A stretch of DNA of 64,000 nucleotides from a cyanobacterium endosymbiont of Rhopalodia gibba (lineage in GTDB: Bacteria > Cyanobacteriota > Cyanobacteriia > Cyanobacteriales > Microcystaceae): positions 2,592,001-2,656,000 of the forward strand of contig CP067995.1 of NCBI GenBank assembly GCA_045159875.1, written 5' to 3'. Shown one piece after another: positions 46,896 through 57,428 of this stretch. Made by a program: the position numbers and the translations under genes. The notes under the pieces are model-generated. The model made no database searches. It was not told where the DNA came from and saw only the letters and a list, made by a program, of their open reading frames with translations. Each line of letters starts with the position of its first letter. The first letter of the stretch is position 1.

Positions 46896-48009
46896 ATGGA
46901 AACAGCAGAATTAAAACGCGAAATTCAAGGGATTAGCACGCGCCTGGGGAAAACTCAGGAATATCTTTGACTTACCTGCAATAAAAGCCAATATTCAAGA
47001 CTTGGAAACCTTAGCTGCTCAACCTGAGTTTTGGGATAATCCTGAGATAGCCCAAGTTACCTTACAAAGACTCAACGATTTTAAATCTAGTGTTGAGCAG
47101 TATCAACAGTGGCTAGATCAGTTAGAAGATACAAAAGTAATTGCTGAATTACTAGATTTAGAAGAAGATACGAGTCTATCTAAAGAAGCGGAGACAATCA
47201 TTAGCCAACTTAACCGTGAACTTGACCGCTGGGAGTTACAACAGTTATTATCAGGTGTTTATGATATTAAAGGAGCTTTTCTGAGCATCAATGCAGGGGC
47301 TGGCGGAACCGATGCTCAAGACTGGGCGCAAATGTTGTTGCGGATGTATACCCGTTGGGGAGAAAAACAAGGTTATAAGGTACATTTGTCCGAACTTTCT
47401 GAAGGAGATGAAGCCGGAATCAAGTCAGCGACTATAGAGATAGAAGGACGCTATGCTTTTGGCTATCTCAGAGGAGAAAAAGGAACTCATCGATTGGTGA
47501 GAATTTCCCCTTTTAATGCCAATGGAAAGCGGCAAACTAGTTTTGCGGGGGTGGAAGTTATGCCAGCGTTAGAAAAAGAAGATATTACTGTTGATATCCC
47601 TGAAAAAGATTTAGAAATTACCACTACTCGTTCTGGCGGAAAGGGAGGACAAAACGTTAACAAGGTAGAAACGGCGGTTCGTGTAGTTCACCTACCGACT
47701 GGAATTGCGGTTCGTTGTACACAAGAACGTTCCCAACTCCAGAATAAAGAAAAAGCCCTCGCTCTGCTTAAAGCGAAATTATTGATCATTGCCCGAGAAC
47801 AACGCGCTCAAGAAATTGCTGAAATTCGAGGAGATATCGTAGAAGCAGCTTGGGGCAATCAAATTCGCAATTATGTCTTTCATCCCTATCAAATGATTAA
47901 AGATGTAAGGACAAATCAGGAAACAACGGATATCAGTGGAGTTATGGATGGTAATCTCGATACTTTTATTGAAAGCTATCTGCGCCACGGGGGTCGTGGC
48001 GAGGATTAA
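46896..48009 (+). CDS. prfB: Peptide chain release factor 2 with programmed +1 frameshift
   Basis: ORF1 [24 protein letters not shown] ends CTT TGA C (46965-46971). The +1 frame continues [13 protein letters not shown]... with SPF and GGQ motifs. Confidence 0.97.
46957..46971 (+). promoter_or_regulatory. prfB autoregulatory +1 frameshift site
   Basis: AGGAATAT-CTTTGAC: SD-like purines ahead of the canonical CUU UGA C. Confidence 0.93.
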
Positions 48010-48116
48010 TTGCTGCTAATTGATACTATCTATTCATCAGAGCAATCTTTAGCACTTTGCCTTGATAGATACTCCCAAATGTAGAGAATTTCTCTTTGAG
48101 AGCAATCTATTTTTGC

Positions 48117-48160
48117 TAAGCAACTATACAACTATAGTTAAGCAACTATACAACTATAGT
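48117..48160. repeat. Perfect 22-bp tandem duplication
   Basis: (taagcaactatacaactatagt)x2. Confidence 0.95.
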
Positions 48161-48392
48161 ATATAGTAACGGTTAAACCGTCGGTAATCCTAACATAGCC
48201 AGTAGCAGAAGAAAGAGAGACATAAGTCCTCCAATCACCATTCCCACTAAAGCAACAGCAGTGACTAGATTTTTTGACAGAGATTTTAGTCAACTAAAAA
48301 CGTAAAGGAAGACACTGATACTGAAACTAATTAAGCAAAGAAGGATAGCAGGAAACGTTTTCAAAAAGTTCGCCTATGGGTTAGCCTAGCCA

Positions 48393-49694
48393 GTGTACAA
48401 CAATTCCATCATTTACTCTATGGCAAAAAACTTATTTGAGCGCCAAGCTAACCAGTTAGTTAACTTTAGCCGTCTATGGGGTTATCAAGCCTGGTTAGTC
48501 TTTTTGGTCGTCTTTAGCCTTTGTGTAACCCTAATAATCTTTACAATTCAATCTCCGGTTCAGTCTCGTAACCAACCCTCAGAAATTAGAGGAGTGTGGC
48601 TAACAAATATTGATAGTGATGTACTTTTTAGTCAAAAAAAACTGTCCGAAGCCATTGCCACCCTCAACCAATTCAATTTTAATACTCTCTATCCCACCGT
48701 CTGGAATTGGGGTCATACCCTTTACCCATCTGAAGTTGCCCAACCTATTACCGGGACCAAACTAGACCCCACAGAAGGGCTACAGGGACGGGATATTTTG
48801 CAAGAAATTGTTAAGCAGGGACATCAAGCAAATATGGCAGTCATTCCTTGGTTTGAATTTGGGTTTATGGCCCCTGCGGACTCCCAACTTGCTAAAAATC
48901 ATCCTCAATGGTTAACTCAACGAAAAAACGGTGATAGAATTTGGTTGGAAGGAAAAGTCCATAAACGGGTTTGGCTAAATCCTTTACATCCAGAAGTTCA
49001 AACCTTTATTACTAATTTGGTCACTGAAATTGTGGGTAATTATGAGGTAGATGGCATTCAATTTGATGACCATTTTGGCATCCCTTTTGATTTTGGTTAT
49101 GATGATGTTACCGTCGCACTTTATCAACAAGAACATCAAGGTAAATTACCTCCAACCCCCCCAATAAATTTGAAGACAACCAATAATTGTACAATTGATA
49201 ATCAAGTTTGGCAGGAATGGACAAGATGGCGGGCAGAAAAAATTACAAGTTATATGACCGAGCTATTTAAAGCTATTAAAGATACCAATCCTAGTGTTAT
49301 TGTCTCTTTATCTCCTAACCCTCAACCCTTCTCAGCTAACTGTTATTTACTCGACTGGCATCAATGGGAACGCCGAGGATTGATAGAAGAATTGATCTTA
49401 CAAGTTTATCGTCCCAATCTTCAAGATTTTGAACGGGAATTGAGAAGCCCTGAAGTTCAACAAGCTAAACAACATATTCCCTTTGGAATCGGAGTTCTTT
49501 CTGGTTTAAAAGATCGTCCAGTTCCCATAAAACGGATAATAAAGCAGGTAGAAACCATTCGTCAAAAACAATTTTCTGGGATTTCCTTTTTCTTTTATGA
49601 AAGCTTATGGAATTTTGACACAGAATCCGCAAAAGCGCGACAATCAAGTTATCAAAAATTGTTTCGAACTAAAGTAAGTAGGCCAGAAGCTTAA
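48393..49694 (+). CDS. Glycoside hydrolase-like 10 (DUF187/YddW) family protein
   Basis: EIRGVWLTN, LYPTVWNWG.TLYPS, IPWFEFG, WLNPLHPEVQ, DGIQFDDHF. Start may be ATG 48420. Confidence 0.9.
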   Translation: MYNNSIIYSMAKNLFERQANQLVNFSRLWGYQAWLVFLVVFSLCVTLIIFTIQSPVQSRNQPSEIRGVWLTNIDSDVLFSQKKLSEAIATLNQFNFNTLYPTVWNWGHTLYPSEVAQPITGTKLDPTEGLQGRDILQEIVKQGHQANMAVIPWFEFGFMAPADSQLAKNHPQWLTQRKNGDRIWLEGKVHKRVWLNPLHPEVQTFITNLVTEIVGNYEVDGIQFDDHFGIPFDFGYDDVTVALYQQEHQGKLPPTPPINLKTTNNCTIDNQVWQEWTRWRAEKITSYMTELFKAIKDTNPSVIVSLSPNPQPFSANCYLLDWHQWERRGLIEELILQVYRPNLQDFERELRSPEVQQAKQHIPFGIGVLSGLKDRPVPIKRIIKQVETIRQKQFSGISFFFYESLWNFDTESAKARQSSYQKLFRTKVSRPEA

Positions 49695-49849
49695 GGGGAC
49701 GATTTTGGGTGTACTGTCCGAAGTCCCAGTAACTGACATGCCTATGACTTAACCTTTTGTCCTGACCTAAGATAGAGACATTTTCAGAAGATTTTTGGTA
49801 GGATCAAAGACTACAAGAAAGTTAACACCAAAAGACAAGGAGATTTTCT

Positions 49850-50086
49850 ATGTCCCGTAAATGTCAATTAACCGGAAAGCAAGCTAATAACGCCTTTGCT
49901 GTTTCCCACTCCCACCGTCGGACTAAAAGATTACAAGAAGCCAACTTACAATGGAAGCGAGTTTGGTGGAATGAGGGCAACCGTTGGGTTAGATTACGTT
50001 TGTCTACGAAAGCCATTAAAACTCTAGATAAGAAAGGGTTACAAGCGATGGCTAAAGAAGCGGGAATTAACTTAAATAAACTTTAA
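49850..50086 (+). CDS. rpmB: 50S ribosomal protein L28
   Basis: [29 protein letters not shown]. Confidence 0.98.
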   Translation: MSRKCQLTGKQANNAFAVSHSHRRTKRLQEANLQWKRVWWNEGNRWVRLRLSTKAIKTLDKKGLQAMAKEAGINLNKL

Positions 50087-50227
50087 TTTCGCAATCTATA
50101 GAGGAAAGTTTTGAAAAAATGAGGAGGATGGGGAGAAGTAAATTGAGTTGATAGCATGAGTAGTAATGGATTATTTCGCATTAATATTTAGTCTTTGTCC
50201 TTTATTCTTGATAAGACATGGGGAACT

Positions 50228-50319
50228 AATCATGACTCAAGCCTTAATTCCCGTCATTCTCGCTGGTGGTAAACCCAATCATGACTCAAGCTTTAATTCC
50301 TGTCATCCTTGCTGGTGGC
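50228..50319 (+). repeat. Diverged duplication of the manC 5' end, 49-bp period
   Basis: ATG at 50232 and at 50281, both encoding MTQALIPVILAGG. Confidence 0.95.
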
Positions 50320-51342
50320 CAAGGAGAACGTTTTTGGCCTCTTAGTCGCCGTCATCGTCCCAAACAATTCCTCTGCCTTGATAGTAGCGGACAGAGCTTA
50401 TTACAATCAACAGCTGACCGTCTACTTCCCCTAGCCCAAAATTGGGATAATCTTTGGGTAATTACCTCGGCTGCTATTGCTGATGGAGTTCGAGAACAAT
50501 TACCAAAATTAGCTGAAAGGAACCTCTTGGTGGAAACCCAAGGGAAAGATACTGCCCCTGCAGTGGCTTGGGCTACTCTAAAAGTGGCTGAACGTTGTGG
50601 ACCAGATACAGTCATTGGTTTTTTTCCTGCTGATCATTTGATCGCTGATATTCAAGGGTTTGAAACGACTCTCAAAGCTTGTTCCCAGTTAGCTATGGCT
50701 AAAGATGCCATTGTCACCTTAGGCATTAAACCTAACTATCCCTCTACAGGCTATGGTTATATTGAACAAGGAGAAAAACAGGGTGGTTGTGAGAAACTGC
50801 CAATCTATCGTGTCAGTCGCTTTACTGAAAAACCTGATCAAGAAACTGCCCAATCTTTTATTGCAACAGGAAAGTTTAGCTGGAATAGTGGGATGTTTAT
50901 TTTTCGGGCAGAAGTCGTCCTCAAAGAATTGGAAACCTATGCCCCTAAGATGATGCAATTACTTAAGGACAAAGGCGAAGCGGCTTATTCTGAATTAGAA
51001 AAGATAAGTATTGACTATGCCCTGATGGAAAAGACCCAATTAGCCTACGTTTTACCAGCTAATTTTGTTTGGGATGATTTGGGAGACTGGATTTCTCTAG
51101 AAAGACTTACTAAAGGAAATGGGGCTAATGTAGACTTAGCTAATCACGTTCATTTAGATACTCGGGGGACGATCGCTTATTCGAGTGACAAAAACCACAT
51201 TATTGCTACTATTGGATTAGAAGATCTGGTGATTGTGCACGACGGCAATGTTACCCTAGTGGTCAGTAAAGAACGTACTCAAGACATCAAAAAACTATTA
51301 GAGTTATTGCAGGCTAATGAACAACTAGAAAGATATTTGTAA
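50281..51342 (+). CDS. manC: Mannose-1-phosphate guanylyltransferase
   Basis: VILAGGQGERFWPLSRRHRPKQFL, DTAPA, FPADH, TGYGYIE, FTEKP, WNSGMF, SIDYALME, WDDLGDW. Confidence 0.94.
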   Translation: MTQALIPVILAGGQGERFWPLSRRHRPKQFLCLDSSGQSLLQSTADRLLPLAQNWDNLWVITSAAIADGVREQLPKLAERNLLVETQGKDTAPAVAWATLKVAERCGPDTVIGFFPADHLIADIQGFETTLKACSQLAMAKDAIVTLGIKPNYPSTGYGYIEQGEKQGGCEKLPIYRVSRFTEKPDQETAQSFIATGKFSWNSGMFIFRAEVVLKELETYAPKMMQLLKDKGEAAYSELEKISIDYALMEKTQLAYVLPANFVWDDLGDWISLERLTKGNGANVDLANHVHLDTRGTIAYSSDKNHIIATIGLEDLVIVHDGNVTLVVSKERTQDIKKLLELLQANEQLERYL

Positions 51343-51377
51343 ATACTCGCACCGACTGCAATGATTGATGATGACTT

Positions 51378-51401
51378 TAGTCTCTAACAAATTAGAGACT
51401 A
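51378..51401 (+). terminator. Hairpin downstream of manC
   Basis: tagtctctaa-caaa-ttagagacta. Confidence 0.45.
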
Positions 51402-51548
51402 TTAATACCGGTTCTTTCAGACTATGAGTACGATTAGTTTATAACTAATGACTTCCAAAATTCTCATTCTGAACTATGCTGTGATACACCAAAAACTTTT
51501 GACTTTTCCTTATTGTAGTGTTGTCATAGCCAGGTGAGAAAGTCCTTA

Positions 51549-53198
51549 ATGTTTTCTTTTACTCAAACTAGTGCACGTCAACGGGAAATTATCGAAGTAG
51601 TCCTCGGTAATGGCTGGGACTATATGCGAGGGTTATTGACATTAGGAAAAGTTGATAACCCTCAAATTCCCCCGCCAGAGGTCTTGCGCAATATTCTAGT
51701 AGAATTAGGTCCATTTTATGTGAAATTAGGACAAATTCTCAGTACTCGTCCTGATATTCTTTCTCCTAGCTACATTAAAGTGTTAACTGCTCTACAGGCT
51801 AATGTTCCCCCTGTGTGTTGGGCTAAAATTGAAGAGTTACTTTTACAAGAATTACAAAAACCTCTAGAGAATGTATTTGAAACCATTAATCATGAGCCAA
51901 TTGCAGCTGGTTCTATTGGTCAAATTCATCGGGGGACTTTAATCAATGGAACCGAAGTGGCAATTAAAATCCAACGGCCAGGAATTGATAGAATTGTTGC
52001 CCAAGATATTGCTTTAATTCAAGGAATTGCTGAGTTAGTTTCTTTCACGGAGTTTGGACAAAATTATGACATTGTTAAATTAACAGACGAGTTTGCTCAA
52101 GCTATTAAGTTAGAACTAGATTTTACCCAAGAGGGACGCTATACTGAGCACATTAGCCAAAATTTAGCAACGAGTAGCTGGTTCAATACTAAAGATTTAG
52201 TTGTTCCTCAAGTATATTGGGAAGTTAGCACGAAAAAAATCCTAGTTTTGGAATGGTTAAATGGTAAACCAATCCTTAATGCGAATTTCGGTATACCCCC
52301 TAGTCGGAAATCTATTGAGAAGCGAAAACAAGAGATAACAACCCTACTATTTAGAGCTTTTTTTCAGCAACTTTATATCGATGGGCTTTTCCATGCCGAC
52401 CCTCATCCAGGGAATATTTTTTACCTAGATGATGGCCGAGTTGCTATTATTGATTGTGGTATGGTGGGGCGACTTGATCCGCGAACTCAACAAATTCTAA
52501 CAAAACTCTTATTAGCAATTTTTGACTTGGATGCCCAAAGTTGTACTCAGCTAACAATCGAGTTATCGGAGTCAGGACAGCCCGTTAGTTTAGAAAAATT
52601 AAAAACAGATTATGAAAGAATTTTACGAAAGTATTATGATTTAAGCATTGCTAAACTGAACTTTAGTGAGGTGGTTTATGAAATTCTACAAATTGCTCGA
52701 CAAAATAAAATAAAAGTTCCTGGAAATTTAGGATTATATGCTAAGTGTTTAGCCAATTTAGAGGGTACAGCCAGACAATTTAATCCTTCAGTTAACTTGT
52801 TTGATGAAATCAAACCATTAATGACAGATTTATTTCGTCGTCAATTAGTAGGAGATACCCCATTACAAACTAATTTAAGAACTATTTTAGATTTAAAATC
52901 TATTTATTTGAAAACTCCTCGGCAAATCGAAATACTATTAAATCGTTTATCCTCGGAAACTTTACAATGGAATTTGCGATTAAAAGAATTAGAGCCCCTA
53001 CGCCGTAGTGTTGATGCTTCTGCTAATCGTCTGTCTTTTAGTATCGTTTTAGGTTCATTAATTGTAGGAGCTGCCATTGTTTCTAATGGGTCTCAAACTC
53101 AACAATTATCTCTAATTAGTGTGACTTTATTTGCCGCAGCAAGTTTATTAGGAATGTGGTTACTTATTAGTATTTTAAGATCAGGACGTTTAAAGTAA
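51549..53198 (+). CDS. ABC1/AarF/UbiB-family atypical kinase
   Basis: LGPFYVKLGQILSTRPD, AAGSIGQIH, VAIKIQRP, FHADPHPGN, DCGMVG. Confidence 0.95.
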   Translation: MFSFTQTSARQREIIEVVLGNGWDYMRGLLTLGKVDNPQIPPPEVLRNILVELGPFYVKLGQILSTRPDILSPSYIKVLTALQANVPPVCWAKIEELLLQELQKPLENVFETINHEPIAAGSIGQIHRGTLINGTEVAIKIQRPGIDRIVAQDIALIQGIAELVSFTEFGQNYDIVKLTDEFAQAIKLELDFTQEGRYTEHISQNLATSSWFNTKDLVVPQVYWEVSTKKILVLEWLNGKPILNANFGIPPSRKSIEKRKQEITTLLFRAFFQQLYIDGLFHADPHPGNIFYLDDGRVAIIDCGMVGRLDPRTQQILTKLLLAIFDLDAQSCTQLTIELSESGQPVSLEKLKTDYERILRKYYDLSIAKLNFSEVVYEILQIARQNKIKVPGNLGLYAKCLANLEGTARQFNPSVNLFDEIKPLMTDLFRRQLVGDTPLQTNLRTILDLKSIYLKTPRQIEILLNRLSSETLQWNLRLKELEPLRRSVDASANRLSFSIVLGSLIVGAAIVSNGSQTQQLSLISVTLFAAASLLGMWLLISILRSGRLK

Positions 53199-54575
53199 AC
53201 ATTTTATTCTTTAGAAAATTTTTTAAAAATAAAAATTAACCTATCGTCTAAGTTAGGTGGTAATTAATTGCCACTTGTAATGTAAAAATGTTTAATCATG
53301 TATACACGATCAAACATCGCAAGAGAGATTTTTCATAGATGGGTCAGGCTTACTTTAATAAATTAAACTTTTTAAGCCAATGAATATAACTAGTTTTTCA
53401 TTTATAAATACTTTTAAAAATTTTAATAAATCTAATAATTTATTGCTTATTGCCTAACTATTAATAATTTTCTACTAATTTAAAAATCATATAAACAGTT
53501 AAGAAACTATAGAACTGTATACTAATTATATTTTTATTTTTAGCTATCAGTTCATCTAAGTTTGAGTGTACTTTCAAAGACTTCTAGAAAATTAAAGTTG
53601 CCAAACGATGACAATAAATTTCAGTGTCTTAGTATACATTTACAGTACTATTCAACAGTACGTAGCTTATCTACTATTTTTTAATTGATTTCAGTTTCTG
53701 AAAGATTAGAAACTAATCGATATTTTTTTCTTCTTTTTATCTCACAAAAATCTACAACTCTAGCCTCTGAATAAATAGCGTTAAAAAAATAAAATCTAAA
53801 TTATATTCATCTTCAAAATCTTTTAAGCAATTTCATAAGTTTTTACTTGATTCCACCCTCTTTATATTATATCTATTTCTGAACTATCAATTGGGATAAA
53901 AAATAAAATAAATATAATTTTTTTATTTCCATTATTTTGGTTTTGCTTTAACTAAACAACTTGTATGCACTAAATCATTATCAATGATAATGAACGCATC
54001 TATATTTTTTATTTTTCTCTTGATTTAAAAATTTTAATTTTTTTAAATTATGTAGAATTATTTTTTTATTTTAAAAAATGGGTAAATTTCTATTTTTTTT
54101 ATTACTTAAATACTTTATCTATAAATTGTTTTTAAAATTTTATTTTCTGATAGATTTATCCAGCCTTAAATTTATTTAACTTTCTCTACTCTTACATTTA
54201 AGATAATATTTATGCTCTTATTCTCGTTATAAAAAAAATCTTAGAGTCCAGTTAATTTTCCATTATGTTAGCTAATGTCTAAGACAAGCCCGTATCTAAA
54301 AACATATTTTTCAAAAGTTTTAGTTATTGAAATTCATCTACTTACTTATTGTTTTATTTAAATTAAATATTTTTCAATAAATTTCACCACATATTTTTTT
54401 TTGAAAAAACTCTATTTTTTATTCGTATAAAATATTTAAAATTTTTATTGTTTAAAAAAATATTTGTGTACGAAATAAATATGTACTATTTATCCGTCAT
54501 TAGTTAGGCTGTTAAGTCAAAAAGAATAAATTTATCACACAACATTCTTCTAAGAAGAAGAAACTTATTTATTGA

Positions 54576-54619
54576 AGTCAATTAAACATTTTTTTTTAAA
54601 AAAAAATGTTTAATTGACT
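54576..54619. repeat. Perfect 44-bp palindrome
   Basis: agtcaattaaaca-T9|A9-tgtttaattgact. Confidence 0.95.
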
Positions 54620-54970
54620 AATTTTTCATACTTAAGTTTTTGATTGCTTTTTTAAAAAAGTTTTAAAATTTTTATATTTTCTTACTTTGCTGATTTTAGA
54701 AAATTAAAATAATTATTGGCTAGACATTATATTAATATTTTTTATTTTAAATTTACTAAATTAAGAAATTTTTTGTTTTTATTTTTAATATTTTACATTT
54801 TGCTTATAATGATTGACATAATAAATGACTGCTATCTGCCAATTATAATACTTCTATTGCTCTTAGCATTTACTTTATGAATATCCTCTTATGGATTTTT
54901 TTTAAAAAAAGAAGAAATATGATATTAAGTTGATAATCAATAATTATTGGTGTTTTTTAAGACTAAAAAA

Positions 54971-56083
54971 ATGAATTTCAATCGCCGTAAATTTTTAATT
55001 ACTAGTGGAGGTTTATGTGGGTTAAGAATTGCCGCTTCAACCTATCCAGGATTGAGAAGTGAGAATACAAACTCTCAACTTCCATCTACCCCCATTCAAA
55101 AATCCAAAAAGACTTCGATTTCTTCCCCTATAGCCGTTGCTCCTCCAGGATTATTCGCTCCTGTACTAGGAGATGCCAGAATTATTGTCATTAGCGATCT
55201 TAATAGTGAATATGGGTCTACTACTTATGAATCAGAAGTTAAACAAGCAATCACCCTTATTCCAGGATGGAAACCTAACTTAATATTGTGTGGGGGAGAT
55301 ATGATTGCTGGACAAAAAAAATCCCTTGCTAAAACCCAAATTCAAGCCATGTGGTCAGCTTTTGATGCTAATATCAGTAACCCTTTACGTCATTTTAATA
55401 TTCCCTTCGGGTTTACCATCGGTAACCATGATGGATCAGGAGCAATTTATCAAGGAAAATATACTTTTGCATCTGAAAGAGAATTAGCCTCAAATTATTG
55501 GAATCAACCGACCCATAATCTGGGATTAAACTTTATTAATCGGGTTAATTTCCCTTTTTACTACAGTTTTATTCAAAATGATGTTTTCTATTTAGTTTTA
55601 GATGCTTCTACCTATATTATCTCCTCTGAACAGTTAACCTGGATCAAAAAAAGTTTAGCAAGTTCTATAGCACAAAAAGCGAGATTGAGACTGGTTATTG
55701 GTCATCTTCCTCTTTATCCTATAGCTGTAGGACGGAATAACGTAGGAAATTTTTTAAGTAATGGAGAAACATTACAATCAGTGTTAGAACACTATAGAGT
55801 TCATACTTATATCAGTGGACATCATCACGCCTATTATCCAGGAAAAAAAGGCCGATTAGAATTACTTCATATCGGTGTGTTGGGAGCAGGTCCCAGGAAG
55901 CTCCTAAACAGTCATAGCATTCCTAGCAAAACCCTAACAGTAGTTGATATTGATCTAAATTTTCAAACTACTAACTATACAACCTATGATATGAAGACTC
56001 TGGAAGTGATCGATATTAAAACATTACCTAAATTTATTGGCAAAGTGCGGCGTAGAGATCTTATGGTTGACTCAAATTCTTGA
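54971..56083 (+). CDS. Calcineurin-like metallophosphoesterase with twin-arginine-like leader
   Basis: NRRKFL, ISDLN, GGDMIAG, GNHD, GHLP, SGHHHAY. Confidence 0.92.
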   Translation: MNFNRRKFLITSGGLCGLRIAASTYPGLRSENTNSQLPSTPIQKSKKTSISSPIAVAPPGLFAPVLGDARIIVISDLNSEYGSTTYESEVKQAITLIPGWKPNLILCGGDMIAGQKKSLAKTQIQAMWSAFDANISNPLRHFNIPFGFTIGNHDGSGAIYQGKYTFASERELASNYWNQPTHNLGLNFINRVNFPFYYSFIQNDVFYLVLDASTYIISSEQLTWIKKSLASSIAQKARLRLVIGHLPLYPIAVGRNNVGNFLSNGETLQSVLEHYRVHTYISGHHHAYYPGKKGRLELLHIGVLGAGPRKLLNSHSIPSKTLTVVDIDLNFQTTNYTTYDMKTLEVIDIKTLPKFIGKVRRRDLMVDSNS

Positions 56084-56106
56084 CGGGAAATAAACGATTG
56101 ACAAAG

Positions 56107-56130
56107 AGGTCAATTTTATTGACCTTTTCT
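56107..56130 (+). terminator. Probable intrinsic terminator
   Basis: aggtcaat-ttt-attgacct followed by tttct, about 25 nt after the stop codon. Confidence 0.5.
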
Positions 56131-56139
56131 AAGTAAAAT

Positions 56140-56737
56140 TCATCGTTCTACTAATTTTGCATTGAACTAATTACGATTAAAAGTCCATCGTTTTAATTCT
56201 TATGACTCAGAACGAGATAATAAATCAAAAATCTCTCGGAACATATCATCAATGGCTTTACATGCAATTTGGACTTCACCACAATACTCCCTTGTTGCTT
56301 TACAACCATAGTCTGAGGAATTACACCATGATAGTAGAACCCTAGTTCTTAAAAAGAAAAGTCGTTTTGAGGAAGAATGGAATCGACATTGAGTAGGTAC
56401 AATGTCAGCAGTTCTATTACAAAATTACTGCATCCGAGAAACAATAATGGTAAATTGCTTAGAATCTTGACTGTTAACTGTTACCAAGATAAAAATTAAA
56501 ACCGTGGGCATTTGCCGTTTTAAAGCATCAGTTAGGCTTAATCTTCTTGGAACCAGAGAACCATTGTTCACATAGACAACAAAAACATTGCCACCAAAAA
56601 TATCATCATCGATATTTGCTCAAGCATTAGAAGTTCCTCTGGTTCTTAAAATTACTCCTATAGCTATGCTCAGGATAAGATAGATTTACATCTGATTGTT
56701 TCGCTAACAATTTTTTATTAGTCTTGATAAACGCCAT
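56140..56737 (-). pseudogene. Thylakoid photosystem I accumulation factor (Slr1796-like, thioredoxin-like) pseudogene
   Basis: 'ANIDDDIFGGNVFVVYVNNGSLVPRRLSLTDALKRQMPTVL', 'SKQFTIIVSRMQ*F', 'GFYYHGVIPQTMV', 'IDDMFREIFDLLSRSES*ELKRWTF..FNAKLVER*'. Stops and frameshifts. Confidence 0.85.
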
Positions 56738-56805
56738 GGGTATTGAAAACCTTCGCTTTTAAGTTTAGTTAAAATAAAAGCACGAAAAATATTCTAAGAA
56801 ATCTT

Positions 56806-57315
56806 GTGACTCAGCAGCCAACTACAGCACAATCAACCTATCGAAAGATTCTCACACAGACAAAGTTTGCTAATAGCTACTATGCCATTTTAGGACTTTA
56901 TCCGTCCGCTTCTGCCGTCGAAATTCGGAGAGCTTATCGGGAGCTGAGTAAATGTTACCATCCGGATACCACAGACTTACCCTCAGAGGTAGCTACAAAG
57001 CAATTCCAAAAGCTTAATGAAGCCTATGGAACTCTAAGTAATCCTGAAGAGCGATCACTCTACGATTTCAAAATTGGTTATTCTCGTCGGAATGTGATTC
57101 AAACTCTCGATGAGAGTCCACAACAAAAGGTTCTAGGAACTTCCCCATGGCCAAATCCAACGTATTTTGATTCAAGTAATCGTCCTTTGTCAGCCGGAGA
57201 AATTTTCGTTTTGTTCATTTTGGGATTAACTTTTGTAGGATGTATGCTCCTAGTAATCACTATTAGTCTCTTTAGAGGAGATCAAATTTTTTCTTCTACT
57301 GCGGTGCTTCCTTAA
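56806..57315 (+). CDS. J-domain (DnaJ-like) membrane-anchored protein
   Basis: YYAILGL..EIRRAYRELSKCYHPD..FQKLNEAY.TLSNPEERSLYD; C-terminal TM after RPLSAGE. Confidence 0.92.
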   Translation: MTQQPTTAQSTYRKILTQTKFANSYYAILGLYPSASAVEIRRAYRELSKCYHPDTTDLPSEVATKQFQKLNEAYGTLSNPEERSLYDFKIGYSRRNVIQTLDESPQQKVLGTSPWPNPTYFDSSNRPLSAGEIFVLFILGLTFVGCMLLVITISLFRGDQIFSSTAVLP

Positions 57316-57428
57316 CAACCTACTTTTTAAGTTCTTAAAATCAAGAATAATAAAGTGGTTTGACTACTGACAGACTGGTTAGTGGACTTGTCGAATTTCT
57401 AACTGAGTGGCTTTATTATAACATTCTT

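Noticed and set aside
48117..48160. CRISPR array
   Set aside because: Two adjacent copies with no spacer and no cas genes; a simple tandem duplication.
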